Source: Acidimicrobiia bacterium
Lineage (GTDB): Bacteria > Actinomycetota > Acidimicrobiia > Spongiisociales > ZC4RG35
Direction of reading: 5' to 3'
Assembly (NCBI GenBank): GCA_965216445.1
Contig: OZ244166.1
Coordinates: 1,284,013-1,348,012, forward strand
DNA length: 64,000 nucleotides
The notes below the pieces were generated by a model, which was not told the origin of the DNA, did not search any database, and saw nothing but the letters and a program-made list of their open reading frames with translations. Below, one piece after another: positions 20,218-28,824 of this stretch (its first letter is position 1; every line of letters starts with the position of its first letter). Made by a program: the position numbers and the translations under genes.

Positions 20218-22044
20218 ATGTTTGAACGCCCCAAACCATCAGAGATCCCGGATCTGTCCGGTGCGTACATGTTCCGGGACAGGAACGGCCGGGTTATCTA
20301 CGTGGGTAAGGCCAAGAGCTTACGAAGTCGAGTGTCTTCGTATTTCGGTACTGGGTTGCACCCGCGTACCCAGACCATGGTTGACACGGCGAGGTCTGTC
20401 GAGTGGATAATCACCGACTCCGAGGTCGACGCTTTGATGTTGGAATACAACCTCATCAAACGTCACCGGCCGCGGTACAACGTCAAGTTGGTGGACGATA
20501 AGTCCTATCCCTACCTGGCGATCACACGGAGTCACGAATGGCCGCGAGCCCAGGTGATGAGAGGGAAGAAGCGTAAAGGGAACCAGTACTTCGGGCCATA
20601 TGCGCACACATACGCGATCAGAAAAACCCTGGACCAGCTTCTAAGGACATTTCCCGTCCGGACGTGCTCCAACGCAATGCTGGAACGACAGAAGGCGCAG
20701 AATCGTCCCTGTCTCCTGTTTCATATCGAGAAGTGCTCCGGACCGTGCATCGGGGAGGTCTCGCCCGAGGACTATCAGACGATGGTCGATGGCCTCGCCT
20801 CATTCCTCAGCGGTGACACCGAAGGTGTGATTTCCGAACTCGAGCAACAAATGTGGGAAGCATCCAAACGCCAGGAGTTCGAACTCGCCGCCCGTCATCG
20901 GGACAGAACCGAGGACGTGCGCAGAGCGATGCTCCGACAGGAGGTGGTGGCTGAAAAAAAGGAGGACTTCGATCTGATCGCTTTCCACGGTGACGAATTG
21001 GAGTCGGCATTCCAGATCCTCTATGTCCGTCAGGGTCGTGTCGTTGGCCGCAAGGGGACGGTCGTCGATCGGGTGGAGGAGCTGTCAGACGCCGAGTTGG
21101 TAGGCAGGATTGTTCGTGAGCTCTACGGGGACGAGGTACCCCCGAGAGAGGTACTGGTTTCGCTCGAACCCGACGAAGCGGAACTAATCCGCCAGTGGCT
21201 CAAAGAACGAAGGGGCTCGAACGTCAACCTGCGAGTGCCGCAGAGAGGTGCCAAGCGGAGATTGATGAAAACCACCGGTACCAACGCCGCTGAAGCCTTC
21301 GCCCGACATCGACTTCGGCGCCAGAAAGACCACAACGCCCGGGCCAAGGCCTTGCGTTCTCTCCAAGCAGAGCTTGGCCTCGAAGAGGCTCCCCTTCGTA
21401 TCGAAGCCTATGACATCTCCACCCTTCAGGGCACCAACACCGTGGCATCGATGGTGGTTCTGGAAGATGGGTTGCCAAAGACTTCGGAGTACAGGCGGTT
21501 CAAGATCCGGACCGTTCAGGGACAGGACGACTTCGCCTCGATGGAGGAGACGGTGCGAAGACGATTCCGCGCCTATCTGGCCGAGAAGGACAAGCCGATT
21601 GCTGAGCAGGGAAAATTCTCCTATCCACCTTCACTGATCGTCATCGACGGAGGGCCCGGCCAACTTGGGCGGGCTGTCAAAGTGCTCGACGAACTTGGCT
21701 TGGACATCCCGGTGATAGGGCTGGCCAAGAAGATGGAAGAGGTGTATCTACCCGGTCGACCCGAACCATTGCGTATCGCCCGAGACGCCGAGGCGCTCTA
21801 TCTGCTCCAGCAGGTGCGGGACGAAGCACACCGCTTTGCGATCACTTATCACCGGAACCTCCGATCCAAGTCGATGGTCGATTCGATTCTCGATGACGTT
21901 GCAGGGATTGGGCCGAAGAGGAAACGCGACCTGCTCAAAGAGTTCGGATCGCTCAAGAAGATAAGAGAAGCCTCAGTCGAGGATCTGCGTCAGGTCCTAC
22001 CGGAAGGCGTGGCAAATGACCTGTACGCTGTCCTGCACAGATAG
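20218..22044 (+). CDS. uvrC: excinuclease ABC subunit C
   Basis: 608 aa. GIY-YIG domain (GAYMFRDRNGRVIYVGKA), UVR domain, endonuclease V-like domain, and a C-terminal HhH2. Confidence 0.97.
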   Translation: MFERPKPSEIPDLSGAYMFRDRNGRVIYVGKAKSLRSRVSSYFGTGLHPRTQTMVDTARSVEWIITDSEVDALMLEYNLIKRHRPRYNVKLVDDKSYPYLAITRSHEWPRAQVMRGKKRKGNQYFGPYAHTYAIRKTLDQLLRTFPVRTCSNAMLERQKAQNRPCLLFHIEKCSGPCIGEVSPEDYQTMVDGLASFLSGDTEGVISELEQQMWEASKRQEFELAARHRDRTEDVRRAMLRQEVVAEKKEDFDLIAFHGDELESAFQILYVRQGRVVGRKGTVVDRVEELSDAELVGRIVRELYGDEVPPREVLVSLEPDEAELIRQWLKERRGSNVNLRVPQRGAKRRLMKTTGTNAAEAFARHRLRRQKDHNARAKALRSLQAELGLEEAPLRIEAYDISTLQGTNTVASMVVLEDGLPKTSEYRRFKIRTVQGQDDFASMEETVRRRFRAYLAEKDKPIAEQGKFSYPPSLIVIDGGPGQLGRAVKVLDELGLDIPVIGLAKKMEEVYLPGRPEPLRIARDAEALYLLQQVRDEAHRFAITYHRNLRSKSMVDSILDDVAGIGPKRKRDLLKEFGSLKKIREASVEDLRQVLPEGVANDLYAVLHR

Positions 22045-22087
22045 GTCCGATCCGGTTTAGCGATGCGTCAGGAGCCCGGGAGCGCAC

Positions 22088-22966
22088 ATGGCAATGGAAA
22101 ACGCCACGATTGAACATCCCCGAGTTCTTGTTGTCACCGGAATGTCCGGTGCCGGAAGATCATCAGCGGCCAAGGTGCTCGAGGATCTCGGATATGTTGT
22201 CATCGACAATCTGCCCCCGAGGCTTCTCGTGGAGGCTGTCAAGGCCCACGACATACCCGAACAGAACAAGCATCTAGCGGTAGTTGTCGACTCGCGCGGC
22301 GGCCTACCCATAGAAGAGCTCAGCAACGCAATCTTCGAACTTGCTCGAGCCAGCGTGACCAGTCGGATCGTCTTTCTGGATGCCGATGACGAAGTCATCG
22401 TCCGCAGATACGAGGAGAATCGTCGTCCGCATCCGCTGGGAGAGCCAACAATTTCTGCGGCAATCGAGGCAGAACGCGAAATGCTGGCGGACCTGCGGAT
22501 AGTCGCCGACTACTACGTCGACACTTCGTCGCTGAACATCCACGAGTTGCGGGAACAACTGAAGTCGATCTTCTCGCGCGATGACGAATCCAGTTCGATG
22601 AGAGTCTCGGTCAGGTCGTTTGGGTTCAAACACGGCAGCCCAAGAGATGTCGACTTGATGTTCGACGTCCGGTTCCTCCCCAACCCTCATTGGGTCGAAG
22701 AGCTGCGGGACAAGCGTGGCACGGATTCGGCAGTGAGTGAGTACGTGTTGGGTCGGGAGGGTGCCGAGGAGTTTGTTGACAAAGTCGAGGATCTCGTGAC
22801 CTTCCTCATCCCAAAATTCGAGGCGGAAGGCAAGTCTTATCTGTCTGTTGGGATTGGGTGCACTGGAGGACATCACCGCTCGGTTGCAATTGCTGAGGAG
22901 TTGGGGAAAAGACTCAACGGGCAAGACATCAGATCAGCCGTTAGACACCGCGATATCGACAATTGA
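22088..22966 (+). CDS. rapZ: RNase adapter / nucleotide-binding protein RapZ (YvcJ)
   Basis: VVTGMSGAGRSSAAKVLEDLGY P-loop, and FGFKHG..D..FDVRFLPNPHW in the C-terminal half. Confidence 0.92.
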   Translation: MAMENATIEHPRVLVVTGMSGAGRSSAAKVLEDLGYVVIDNLPPRLLVEAVKAHDIPEQNKHLAVVVDSRGGLPIEELSNAIFELARASVTSRIVFLDADDEVIVRRYEENRRPHPLGEPTISAAIEAEREMLADLRIVADYYVDTSSLNIHELREQLKSIFSRDDESSSMRVSVRSFGFKHGSPRDVDLMFDVRFLPNPHWVEELRDKRGTDSAVSEYVLGREGAEEFVDKVEDLVTFLIPKFEAEGKSYLSVGIGCTGGHHRSVAIAEELGKRLNGQDIRSAVRHRDIDN

Positions 22967-23934
22967 GGCCGCTAACCGAAGTTGCCATGGAGCCTCTGCT
23001 CCTCGACCCTGACGGTCCGAAGGTCGTCGCGATAGGGGGTGGGCATGGACAGGCCGCGGCTCTCGAAGCCATCCAGTGCTACGCCTCGGAGATCACGGCC
23101 CTGGTGACTGTGGCGGATGACGGAGGTTCGTCGGGGAGACTTACCGCGTTGGGCATCCCTCCGCCCGGTGACGTGCGGCGATGCCTTCTCGCATTGACTC
23201 CCGAGCCTTCGTTGTGGTCGGAGTTGTTCGCCCATCGTTTCTCTGAAGGTGACGTATTGGACCATTCTCTTGGGAATCTGATCCTGGCTGGTCTGTCCCA
23301 CATGTTTGGAGACTTTGAGACAGCGGTGTCTACGGCAGGACGTGTCCTCGGTGCCGTGGGAGACGTAATTCCTGTTGCTGCCGATCCTTTGACACTCCAT
23401 GCAACCGTGGACGGCAGGAACATCGAGGGTCAGGTGAAGATTGCAACGACCAGAGGGCGAATCGAAGACCTCTGGATTGAACCAGCCGACGCGGTGGCGC
23501 CCAGATCGGCGCTGGCGGCGATTTCGCAGGCGGATCAAATTGTGATCGGGCCGGGAAGCCTATACACGTCCCTGATTTCGGCTCTTAAGGTGAACATGCT
23601 GTCGGAGGCGATCATGAGTTCCTCGGCGCAGCGCGTGTTTGTTTTGAATCTGATGACACAAGACGGAGAAACCCTGGGGATGAGCGGAATTGACCATCTA
23701 AAGGCCCTTCAGCAACATGTCGGCGTGGAAGGGCCGGCCGTTGTCGTCGCCCATGAAGGCGATATCGAGGTACCGGAAGGACACAGTCGTTTGGAGATGG
23801 ATCAGACCACGGCGGCCGAATACGGTTGGCGTCTCGTCGTCGGGGACGTCTCGGACGACCATGCTGAATGGCCAGCTCACGACCCGATGAAGCTCGGCCA
23901 GGTCCTTTCAAATCTTGCGCGTGGGAGCAATTGA
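22963..23934 (+). CDS. yvcK: YvcK/CuvA family gluconeogenesis factor (CofD-like)
   Basis: VVAIGGGHGQAA, VTVADDGGSSGRL and GPGSLYTSL motifs. The start is uncertain: TTG 22963 (TTGA overlap) or ATG 22987. Confidence 0.9.
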   Translation: MRPLTEVAMEPLLLDPDGPKVVAIGGGHGQAAALEAIQCYASEITALVTVADDGGSSGRLTALGIPPPGDVRRCLLALTPEPSLWSELFAHRFSEGDVLDHSLGNLILAGLSHMFGDFETAVSTAGRVLGAVGDVIPVAADPLTLHATVDGRNIEGQVKIATTRGRIEDLWIEPADAVAPRSALAAISQADQIVIGPGSLYTSLISALKVNMLSEAIMSSSAQRVFVLNLMTQDGETLGMSGIDHLKALQQHVGVEGPAVVVAHEGDIEVPEGHSRLEMDQTTAAEYGWRLVVGDVSDDHAEWPAHDPMKLGQVLSNLARGSN

Positions 23935-23935
23935 G

Positions 23936-25081
23936 ATGTATCGGTATCTAACACTCGATCAGATTCCTGTCGCCGGCCTCAAAGTTCTGGTTCGCTCTGA
24001 CCTCAATGTTCCGCTCGATGCCGAAGGTGCAATCTCTGACGACCATCGAATCAGGGCTGCCATGCCTACGTTGGAACGGCTGGTCGAGTCAGGTGCCCGG
24101 GTAAGCGTCTGCTCCCATCTGGGACGACCCAAAGGCGAAGATCCCAGGTATTCGATGGAGCGCGTCGCCCGTCGCATGGCTCACCTTTCCTCAAACGAGG
24201 TCACCTTCGGTGAGAATTCTGGTGGTGAGATCCAGGTGCTGGAGAACACTCGGTTCAACCCGGGAGAGACAGCCAATGATCCCATCTATGCGGCTCGGTT
24301 GGCCAACAGTTTCGATCTGTTTGTCCAAGATGCTTTCGGGACGGTTCATCGCGCTCACGCTTCCACAGTTGGTGTGGCCGGGCTACTGCGGAGTGCCGCG
24401 GGCCCTCTTCTCGAGAAAGAGATGAACGCTTTCCGTCGTTTCACCGATGAGCCCGAGTCTCCCTATACCGTGGTACTTGGTGGAGCCAAGATCTCCGACA
24501 AGCTAGGCGTCATCAAGAACCTCCTCTCCAAAGTCGACCAAATGCTGATAGGTGGTGGCATGTGTTTCACCCTGTTGAAGGCGAGAGGGGAGCGTGTCGG
24601 TGCGTCGATGGTCCAGGACGAAATGCTTGAGGAGACGAAAGACCTTCTCGAGGGTGAGTTCGGCAAGAAGATCATGCTTCCGCTCGATGTTGTCGCTTCC
24701 AATTCATTCACTTCCACTGGCACCAACAGAATTGTTGATGTTCACTCCATGACCGAACATGAAATGGGGCTCGATATTGGGCCAGCAACATCGAACCTGT
24801 TTGCCGATATCGTTCGGCGCTCCAAGACGGTCTTCTGGAACGGCCCGATGGGTGTATTCGAGTGGCGGCCTTACCGACACGGAACGGAGCGGGTTGCCAG
24901 TGCGATGGCATCAACAGAGGGGTTCACGGGCGTCGGTGGGGGAGACTCGGCCGCGGCGATCAGGCTCCTTGGTTATGAAGAGCAGATTGACCATCTGTCG
25001 ACGGGAGGCGGTGCCGGATTGGAGCTCCTGGAAGGACGGGTACTGCCTGGTGTCGAGATCTTGAAGACGTGGGTGGAATAG
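23936..25081 (+). CDS. pgk: phosphoglycerate kinase
   Basis: LVRSDLNVPL, SHLGRPKG, and the C-terminal STGGGAGLELLEG. The ATG at 23936 lies 1 nt after the yvcK stop codon. Confidence 0.95.
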   Translation: MYRYLTLDQIPVAGLKVLVRSDLNVPLDAEGAISDDHRIRAAMPTLERLVESGARVSVCSHLGRPKGEDPRYSMERVARRMAHLSSNEVTFGENSGGEIQVLENTRFNPGETANDPIYAARLANSFDLFVQDAFGTVHRAHASTVGVAGLLRSAAGPLLEKEMNAFRRFTDEPESPYTVVLGGAKISDKLGVIKNLLSKVDQMLIGGGMCFTLLKARGERVGASMVQDEMLEETKDLLEGEFGKKIMLPLDVVASNSFTSTGTNRIVDVHSMTEHEMGLDIGPATSNLFADIVRRSKTVFWNGPMGVFEWRPYRHGTERVASAMASTEGFTGVGGGDSAAAIRLLGYEEQIDHLSTGGGAGLELLEGRVLPGVEILKTWVE

Positions 25082-25083
25082 TG

Positions 25084-25866
25084 GTGACGACTCCTGACCA
25101 AACAAGAGATCTGATCGTCGGCAACTGGAAGATGAACGCAACTCATCTCGACGCCATCCAGATGATCCAAAAGCTCTACTACAGGCTTGAGTCAGACGAT
25201 TACGACCGAGTCGATGTTGTGGTCGCTCCGCCGTTCACAGCCCTACGTTCGGCCCAGACTGTCATCGAAGCAGACCGGATGCTGATTCAGCTTGGCGCCC
25301 AGAACGTCCACTGGGAGGAGAAGGGTGCGTACACCGGAGAGGTCAGTGCTCAGATGCTCAATCGTCTCGCCGTCAGATATGTCATCGTCGGGCACTCGGA
25401 GCGGAGACAATTGTTTGGAGAGACCGACGAGTTGGTCAACAAACGGGTGAGGGCCACGCTCAAGGCAGAGATGTCTCCGATTGTCTGTGTAGGTGAAACG
25501 CTGGACCAAAGGGACTCTGGCGAAGCCGAAGAAGTTGTTACCCGTCAGCTGCGGGGATCGTTAACCCGACTTGCCGCGGATCAACTTTCGACGATTGTGG
25601 TTGCTTATGAGCCGGTTTGGGCAATTGGGACAGGAAGGACGGCCTCACCGGAGGACGCCGGATCCATGTGCTCAACCATTCGCGAGGTGCTCACTGACAT
25701 TGCAAACAGCGATGTCTCCCAGGGCATGAGAATCCTCTATGGAGGTTCGGTGAACGCCGGAAATGTAAGAGACATTATGGCGAAGAAACACGTGAACGGT
25801 GCCCTGGTCGGTGGGGCTTCTCTGGACCCGGACAAGTTCGCGGCGATTGTGAGGTACCGACTTTGA
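25084..25866 (+). CDS. tpiA: triose-phosphate isomerase
   Basis: GNWKMN, VGHSERR and [11 protein letters not shown] motifs. The start is ambiguous: GTG at 25081 or 25084, or the ORF-track start at 25069. Confidence 0.93.
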   Translation: MTTPDQTRDLIVGNWKMNATHLDAIQMIQKLYYRLESDDYDRVDVVVAPPFTALRSAQTVIEADRMLIQLGAQNVHWEEKGAYTGEVSAQMLNRLAVRYVIVGHSERRQLFGETDELVNKRVRATLKAEMSPIVCVGETLDQRDSGEAEEVVTRQLRGSLTRLAADQLSTIVVAYEPVWAIGTGRTASPEDAGSMCSTIREVLTDIANSDVSQGMRILYGGSVNAGNVRDIMAKKHVNGALVGGASLDPDKFAAIVRYRL

Positions 25867-26606
25867 CCTACACTCTCATCCTGCTCCGTCACGGGCAGTC
25901 GCAATGGAACCTCGAGAACCTGTTCACAGGATGGACCGACGTCGGTTTGACCGACCGCGGTCGGGAAGAAGCGGCCAGGTCCGGGGAATTGATGCTCGAA
26001 GCGGGCCTGGCACCGACCAATCTGCACACGTCTTTGCTGAAACGCGCCATCCACACCGCTGAGATCGCACTCGATGTGATGGACCGGTCGTATCTCCCAG
26101 TACAACGTTCTTGGCGGCTCAATGAACGGCACTACGGGGCTCTGCAGGGATTAGACAAGAAGGAAACGGCGGAGATCCATGGAGCAGACCAGGTGCTGCA
26201 ATGGAGAAGGTCCTATGACACACCGCCACCAGCCCTCGAGCCTGACGACGACCGGCACCCGCGACACGACCCGAGATATTCGAATTTGGCGCCCGATGTG
26301 ATTCCGGCGACTGAGGCGCTGATCAACGTCGTCGACAGGATGCTTCCCTACTGGCACGATTCGATTGTGCCTGACCTCAGAGCAGGGAGGCTGCCACTGG
26401 TCGTGGCACACGGAAACTCGCTCCGTGCATTGGTCAAGCATCTCGATGAAGTGCCTACGGATGAGATCGTCGGTCTGAACATTCCGACCGGAATCCCTCT
26501 TGTCTATGAACTCGACGAGGACCTCAAACCGCTGAGCTCGCGGTACCTCGGCGATGCCGCAGCAGCCGAGGCTGCCGCAGCTGAGGTCGCTGGACAGGCC
26601 GGCTAG
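25863..26606 (+). CDS. gpmA: 2,3-bisphosphoglycerate-dependent phosphoglycerate mutase
   Basis: [12 protein letters not shown] catalytic His motif, RLNERHYG and AHGNSLRAL. 4-nt overlap with tpiA. Confidence 0.93.
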   Translation: MTYTLILLRHGQSQWNLENLFTGWTDVGLTDRGREEAARSGELMLEAGLAPTNLHTSLLKRAIHTAEIALDVMDRSYLPVQRSWRLNERHYGALQGLDKKETAEIHGADQVLQWRRSYDTPPPALEPDDDRHPRHDPRYSNLAPDVIPATEALINVVDRMLPYWHDSIVPDLRAGRLPLVVAHGNSLRALVKHLDEVPTDEIVGLNIPTGIPLVYELDEDLKPLSSRYLGDAAAAEAAAAEVAGQAG

Positions 26607-26647
26607 GCCTACTGGTTGGCCATACGACCCTGGTAGAGTGATACCGA

Positions 26648-26672
26648 CCGTCCGCACCCGGACGGTTTCTCT
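26648..26672 (+). terminator. weak hairpin with a T-rich tail after gpmA
   Basis: CCGTCCG-cacc-CGGACGG followed by TTTCTCT. The U-tract is poor, so termination may be partial. Confidence 0.35.
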
Positions 26673-26687
26673 AGGCACAAAGAAACT

Positions 26688-26927
26688 ATGTCAATTGTTG
26701 AAGCACTTCTCGTAATCGTCCACGTACTGCTCAGCCTCGCTGTGATCGCTTTGGTGTTGCTCCACTCGGGTAAGGGCGGAGGCTTGTCCGACGTCTTCGG
26801 CGGCGGCATGAGCACGTCGAACCTGGGCGGTTCAACGGTGGTCGAACGAAATCTGGACCGGCTCACATGGATCGTCGGGATCCTGTTCGGTATCAGCACC
26901 TTCGTTCTCACATTCGTCTTGAGCTGA
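26688..26927 (+). CDS. secG: preprotein translocase subunit SecG
   Basis: 79 aa, two TM segments, and the LLHSGKGGGLSDVFGGG signature. Confidence 0.9.
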   Translation: MSIVEALLVIVHVLLSLAVIALVLLHSGKGGGLSDVFGGGMSTSNLGGSTVVERNLDRLTWIVGILFGISTFVLTFVLS

Positions 26928-26960
26928 ACCGGCGATAAAATCGCTGCCAGCTCAAATCCT

Positions 26961-27046
26961 GTCGGAGTGGCGGAATTGGTAGACGCGCCAGGCTAAGGAC
27001 CTGGTCGGGAGTTTTCCCGGTGGAGGTTCGAGTCCTCTCTCCGACA
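26961..27046 (+). tRNA. tRNA-Leu (class II, long variable arm); the anticodon loop reads CTAAGGA, giving anticodon AAG
   Basis: I folded it by hand. Acceptor stem GTCGGAG/CTCCGAC. Three-bp D-stem around the AATTGGTAGA loop. Anticodon stem CCAGG/CCTGG (26988-92 / 27000-04). Variable arm CGGGA-gttt-TCCCG. T-arm GGAGG-TTCGAGT-CCTCT. Discriminator A. No encoded CCA. Confidence 0.9.
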
Positions 27047-27398
27047 CTGCGAGCCCAAACTTGGGCTCGTTTTGGACTTCTGGCTCCGCCGAAAGCTCGG
27101 CTCCACCAGAACTCCGACGGTCGCTGTCAAAAAGGTTGTCCTTCTAGGAACGGCGGTTCGAGTTCTCTCCCCGACACTGCGAGCCCAAACTTGGGCTCGT
27201 TTTGGACTTCTGGCTCCGCCGAAAGCTCGGCTCCACCAGAACTCCGACGGTCGCTGTCAAAAAGGTTGTCCTTCTAGGAACGGCGGTTCGAGTTCTCTCC
27301 CCGACACTGCGAGCCCAAACTTGGGCTCGTTTTGGACTTCTGGCTCCGCCGAAAGCTCGGCTCCACCAGAACTCCGACGGTCGCTGTCAAAAACGTTG
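27022..27398 (+). repeat. 130-bp tandem repeat, about 2.9 copies, whose first copy overlaps the T-arm and acceptor 3' end of tRNA-Leu
   Basis: The period is exactly 130: TTCGAG begins at 27027, 27157 and 27287. Copies 2 and 3 are identical up to 27393. Copy 1 differs only at 2 positions, both inside the tRNA-derived segment. Copy 3 diverges after GTCAAAAA. Confidence 0.97.
27050..27073 (+). terminator. intrinsic terminator directly after tRNA-Leu, with identical copies at 27180..27203 and 27310..27333
   Basis: cGAGCCCAA-ac-TTGGGCTCg followed by TTTT. It belongs to the 130-bp repeat unit and therefore occurs three times. Confidence 0.7.
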
Positions 27399-27424
27399 TC
27401 CTCATCGATTGCGACGATGCAACG
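27389..27424 (-). terminator. probable terminator of the convergent lipoprotein gene
   Basis: Read on the minus strand: CGTTGCATCG-tcgcaat-CGATG-agga-CAACG followed by TTTTT, about 35 nt after the stop codon at 27459. Confidence 0.45.
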
Positions 27425-27458
27425 CTTTGGTCCAAGCAGGAGACTGTTCCAAGCCCCG

Positions 27459-28781
27459 CTATCCCGGCAGGAACAGCCGGGAACGCGTTTGCACGATGTT
27501 CTGGTCACCGGATGACAAGTTGATTGCTACCAAGGCAATCTGATTTGGTTCAGGTCCCGGTGAGTCTCCAAGGCACGCCACTACCCAATCGGTGTCCGCC
27601 TCGAGACAGAGGACTGGTCCATCGAATTCCCACCGTCCGAGTTCGGAGCCGGAGGCGAAATCAACCGCAACGACTACCGGGCTGAAGAAGTGCGAGTATG
27701 CGGCGGCGTCGGCGTGGTCAACATACAGTAGGGTTTCGCCGTTGGCACTGATACGCGTGAAGCCGGCGTAGCCATCATTCAGAAGGTCGATTCCGTCACT
27801 ATTCACAATTGAAACCAGGTTGCCTTCGGCGTCGCCCACGGCGATAAAGGCTGATCCACCACGCTCCTCCATCCAGGAGTAGCCGCTCTCGGGAGCAGGT
27901 TCAGGCGGGGGAATCAGAGGGCTATCGGCGTCGCCGGTCACGACATCGATCATCGTCCATTTGTCGGGGTCAACGCAGTCGTCGAGAGTAAAAACGCTTC
28001 CGTTTCGTTCCAAAGGCTGGCTACATCCAGGCTCGTATGTCGTTAACGGATCGTCAATAGGGGTGGCGAGCAGGGTTGATGTGAACGGGTGGGATACGAA
28101 TGCCACTTGCCTCTCGATGGCGTATGTGTCCTTAGCCCACCAGTTGACCACCCAATGAGGCGAACCATCAACCCACGCCTCGAAGCCACTGAATCGCTCC
28201 ACAACAACACTGTCTGGGGGCCGGTCGCCAAATAAGTCGTTCACTATCGCGCCAGAGTCAGGTGACTGTTCCAGGGGTGGTAGCCCGGCAACAATCTGCT
28301 GTCCCTCAAAGGTGAACAGGTTGAGGAATGCCACCGCTCCAGATGCGCCGTGCGTCACCTGCACCGTAGATGCCGCCTGGCCGGTGCTGGGGTTGACGAT
28401 CCCCGGACCCTGGGCCTGGACTCCATAGGGCCCCTCACACGCGCCGCCGCGACAGAATCGCTCCAGAGTCTGGGCGTTTGTCTCACCAGGATCGCTGCCT
28501 TGAATCTGGATGCCATTGTTGTCAGCGCTGAACGCTGCGACATCCCAGGCCCCGGCTGCAAGGGCTGCGAGGTAGTTCTCGACGATCCGTTCAGCTTCAA
28601 CGTCGGTCCAGGCGATCTCCGTTTCGAACGTGGTAGATGGGGTCGAGAGGGTCGAGGTTGTAGATGAGGTGGCTTGCGACGCGACAACGGTCGGGTTGGT
28701 GGGTGTAGAAGTCGAGGTGTCTGAAGAACCGCTGGTGGTGCAGGCTGTGACGAAGATGAGAATCGGGATTAAGCGCCTCAC
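27459..28781 (-). CDS. lipoprotein of unknown function (Ser/Thr-rich linker plus a Cys-containing globular region)
   Basis: 440 aa. The signal peptide MRRLIPILIFVTAC carries a lipobox-like FVTAC. A 40-aa S/T/P-rich tract follows. I recognise no family. Confidence 0.7.
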   Translation of the reverse strand: MRRLIPILIFVTACTTSGSSDTSTSTPTNPTVVASQATSSTTSTLSTPSTTFETEIAWTDVEAERIVENYLAALAAGAWDVAAFSADNNGIQIQGSDPGETNAQTLERFCRGGACEGPYGVQAQGPGIVNPSTGQAASTVQVTHGASGAVAFLNLFTFEGQQIVAGLPPLEQSPDSGAIVNDLFGDRPPDSVVVERFSGFEAWVDGSPHWVVNWWAKDTYAIERQVAFVSHPFTSTLLATPIDDPLTTYEPGCSQPLERNGSVFTLDDCVDPDKWTMIDVVTGDADSPLIPPPEPAPESGYSWMEERGGSAFIAVGDAEGNLVSIVNSDGIDLLNDGYAGFTRISANGETLLYVDHADAAAYSHFFSPVVVAVDFASGSELGRWEFDGPVLCLEADTDWVVACLGDSPGPEPNQIALVAINLSSGDQNIVQTRSRLFLPG

Positions 28782-28824
28782 TCCACAGAAACGTACCCGA
28801 ACCGACGGTCGTTCCCTGTTGAAC

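Noticed and set aside
20954-20960. An A7 homopolymer followed by GGAGGA inside uvrC, considered as a possible slippage or phase-variation site.
   Set aside because: It lies in frame within a conserved gene and encodes the ordinary EKKED linker. Seven residues are too few for efficient slippage, and nothing else supports phase variation.
27022-27398. The possibility that the regular repeats are a CRISPR array.
   Set aside because: The units are contiguous 130-bp tandem copies with no unique spacers, far longer than CRISPR repeats, and there are no cas genes in the window.
27020-27543. Three overlapping ORFs (85, 147 and 113 aa) with the reiterated peptide MDFWLRRKLGSTRTPTVAVKK..., which suggests a repeat protein.
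   Set aside because: They are the 130-bp DNA repeat translated. Because 130 is not a multiple of 3, each copy is read in a different frame relative to one continuous ORF. The sequence contains tRNA-derived and terminator elements, there is no Shine-Dalgarno sequence, and the composition is implausible for a protein.
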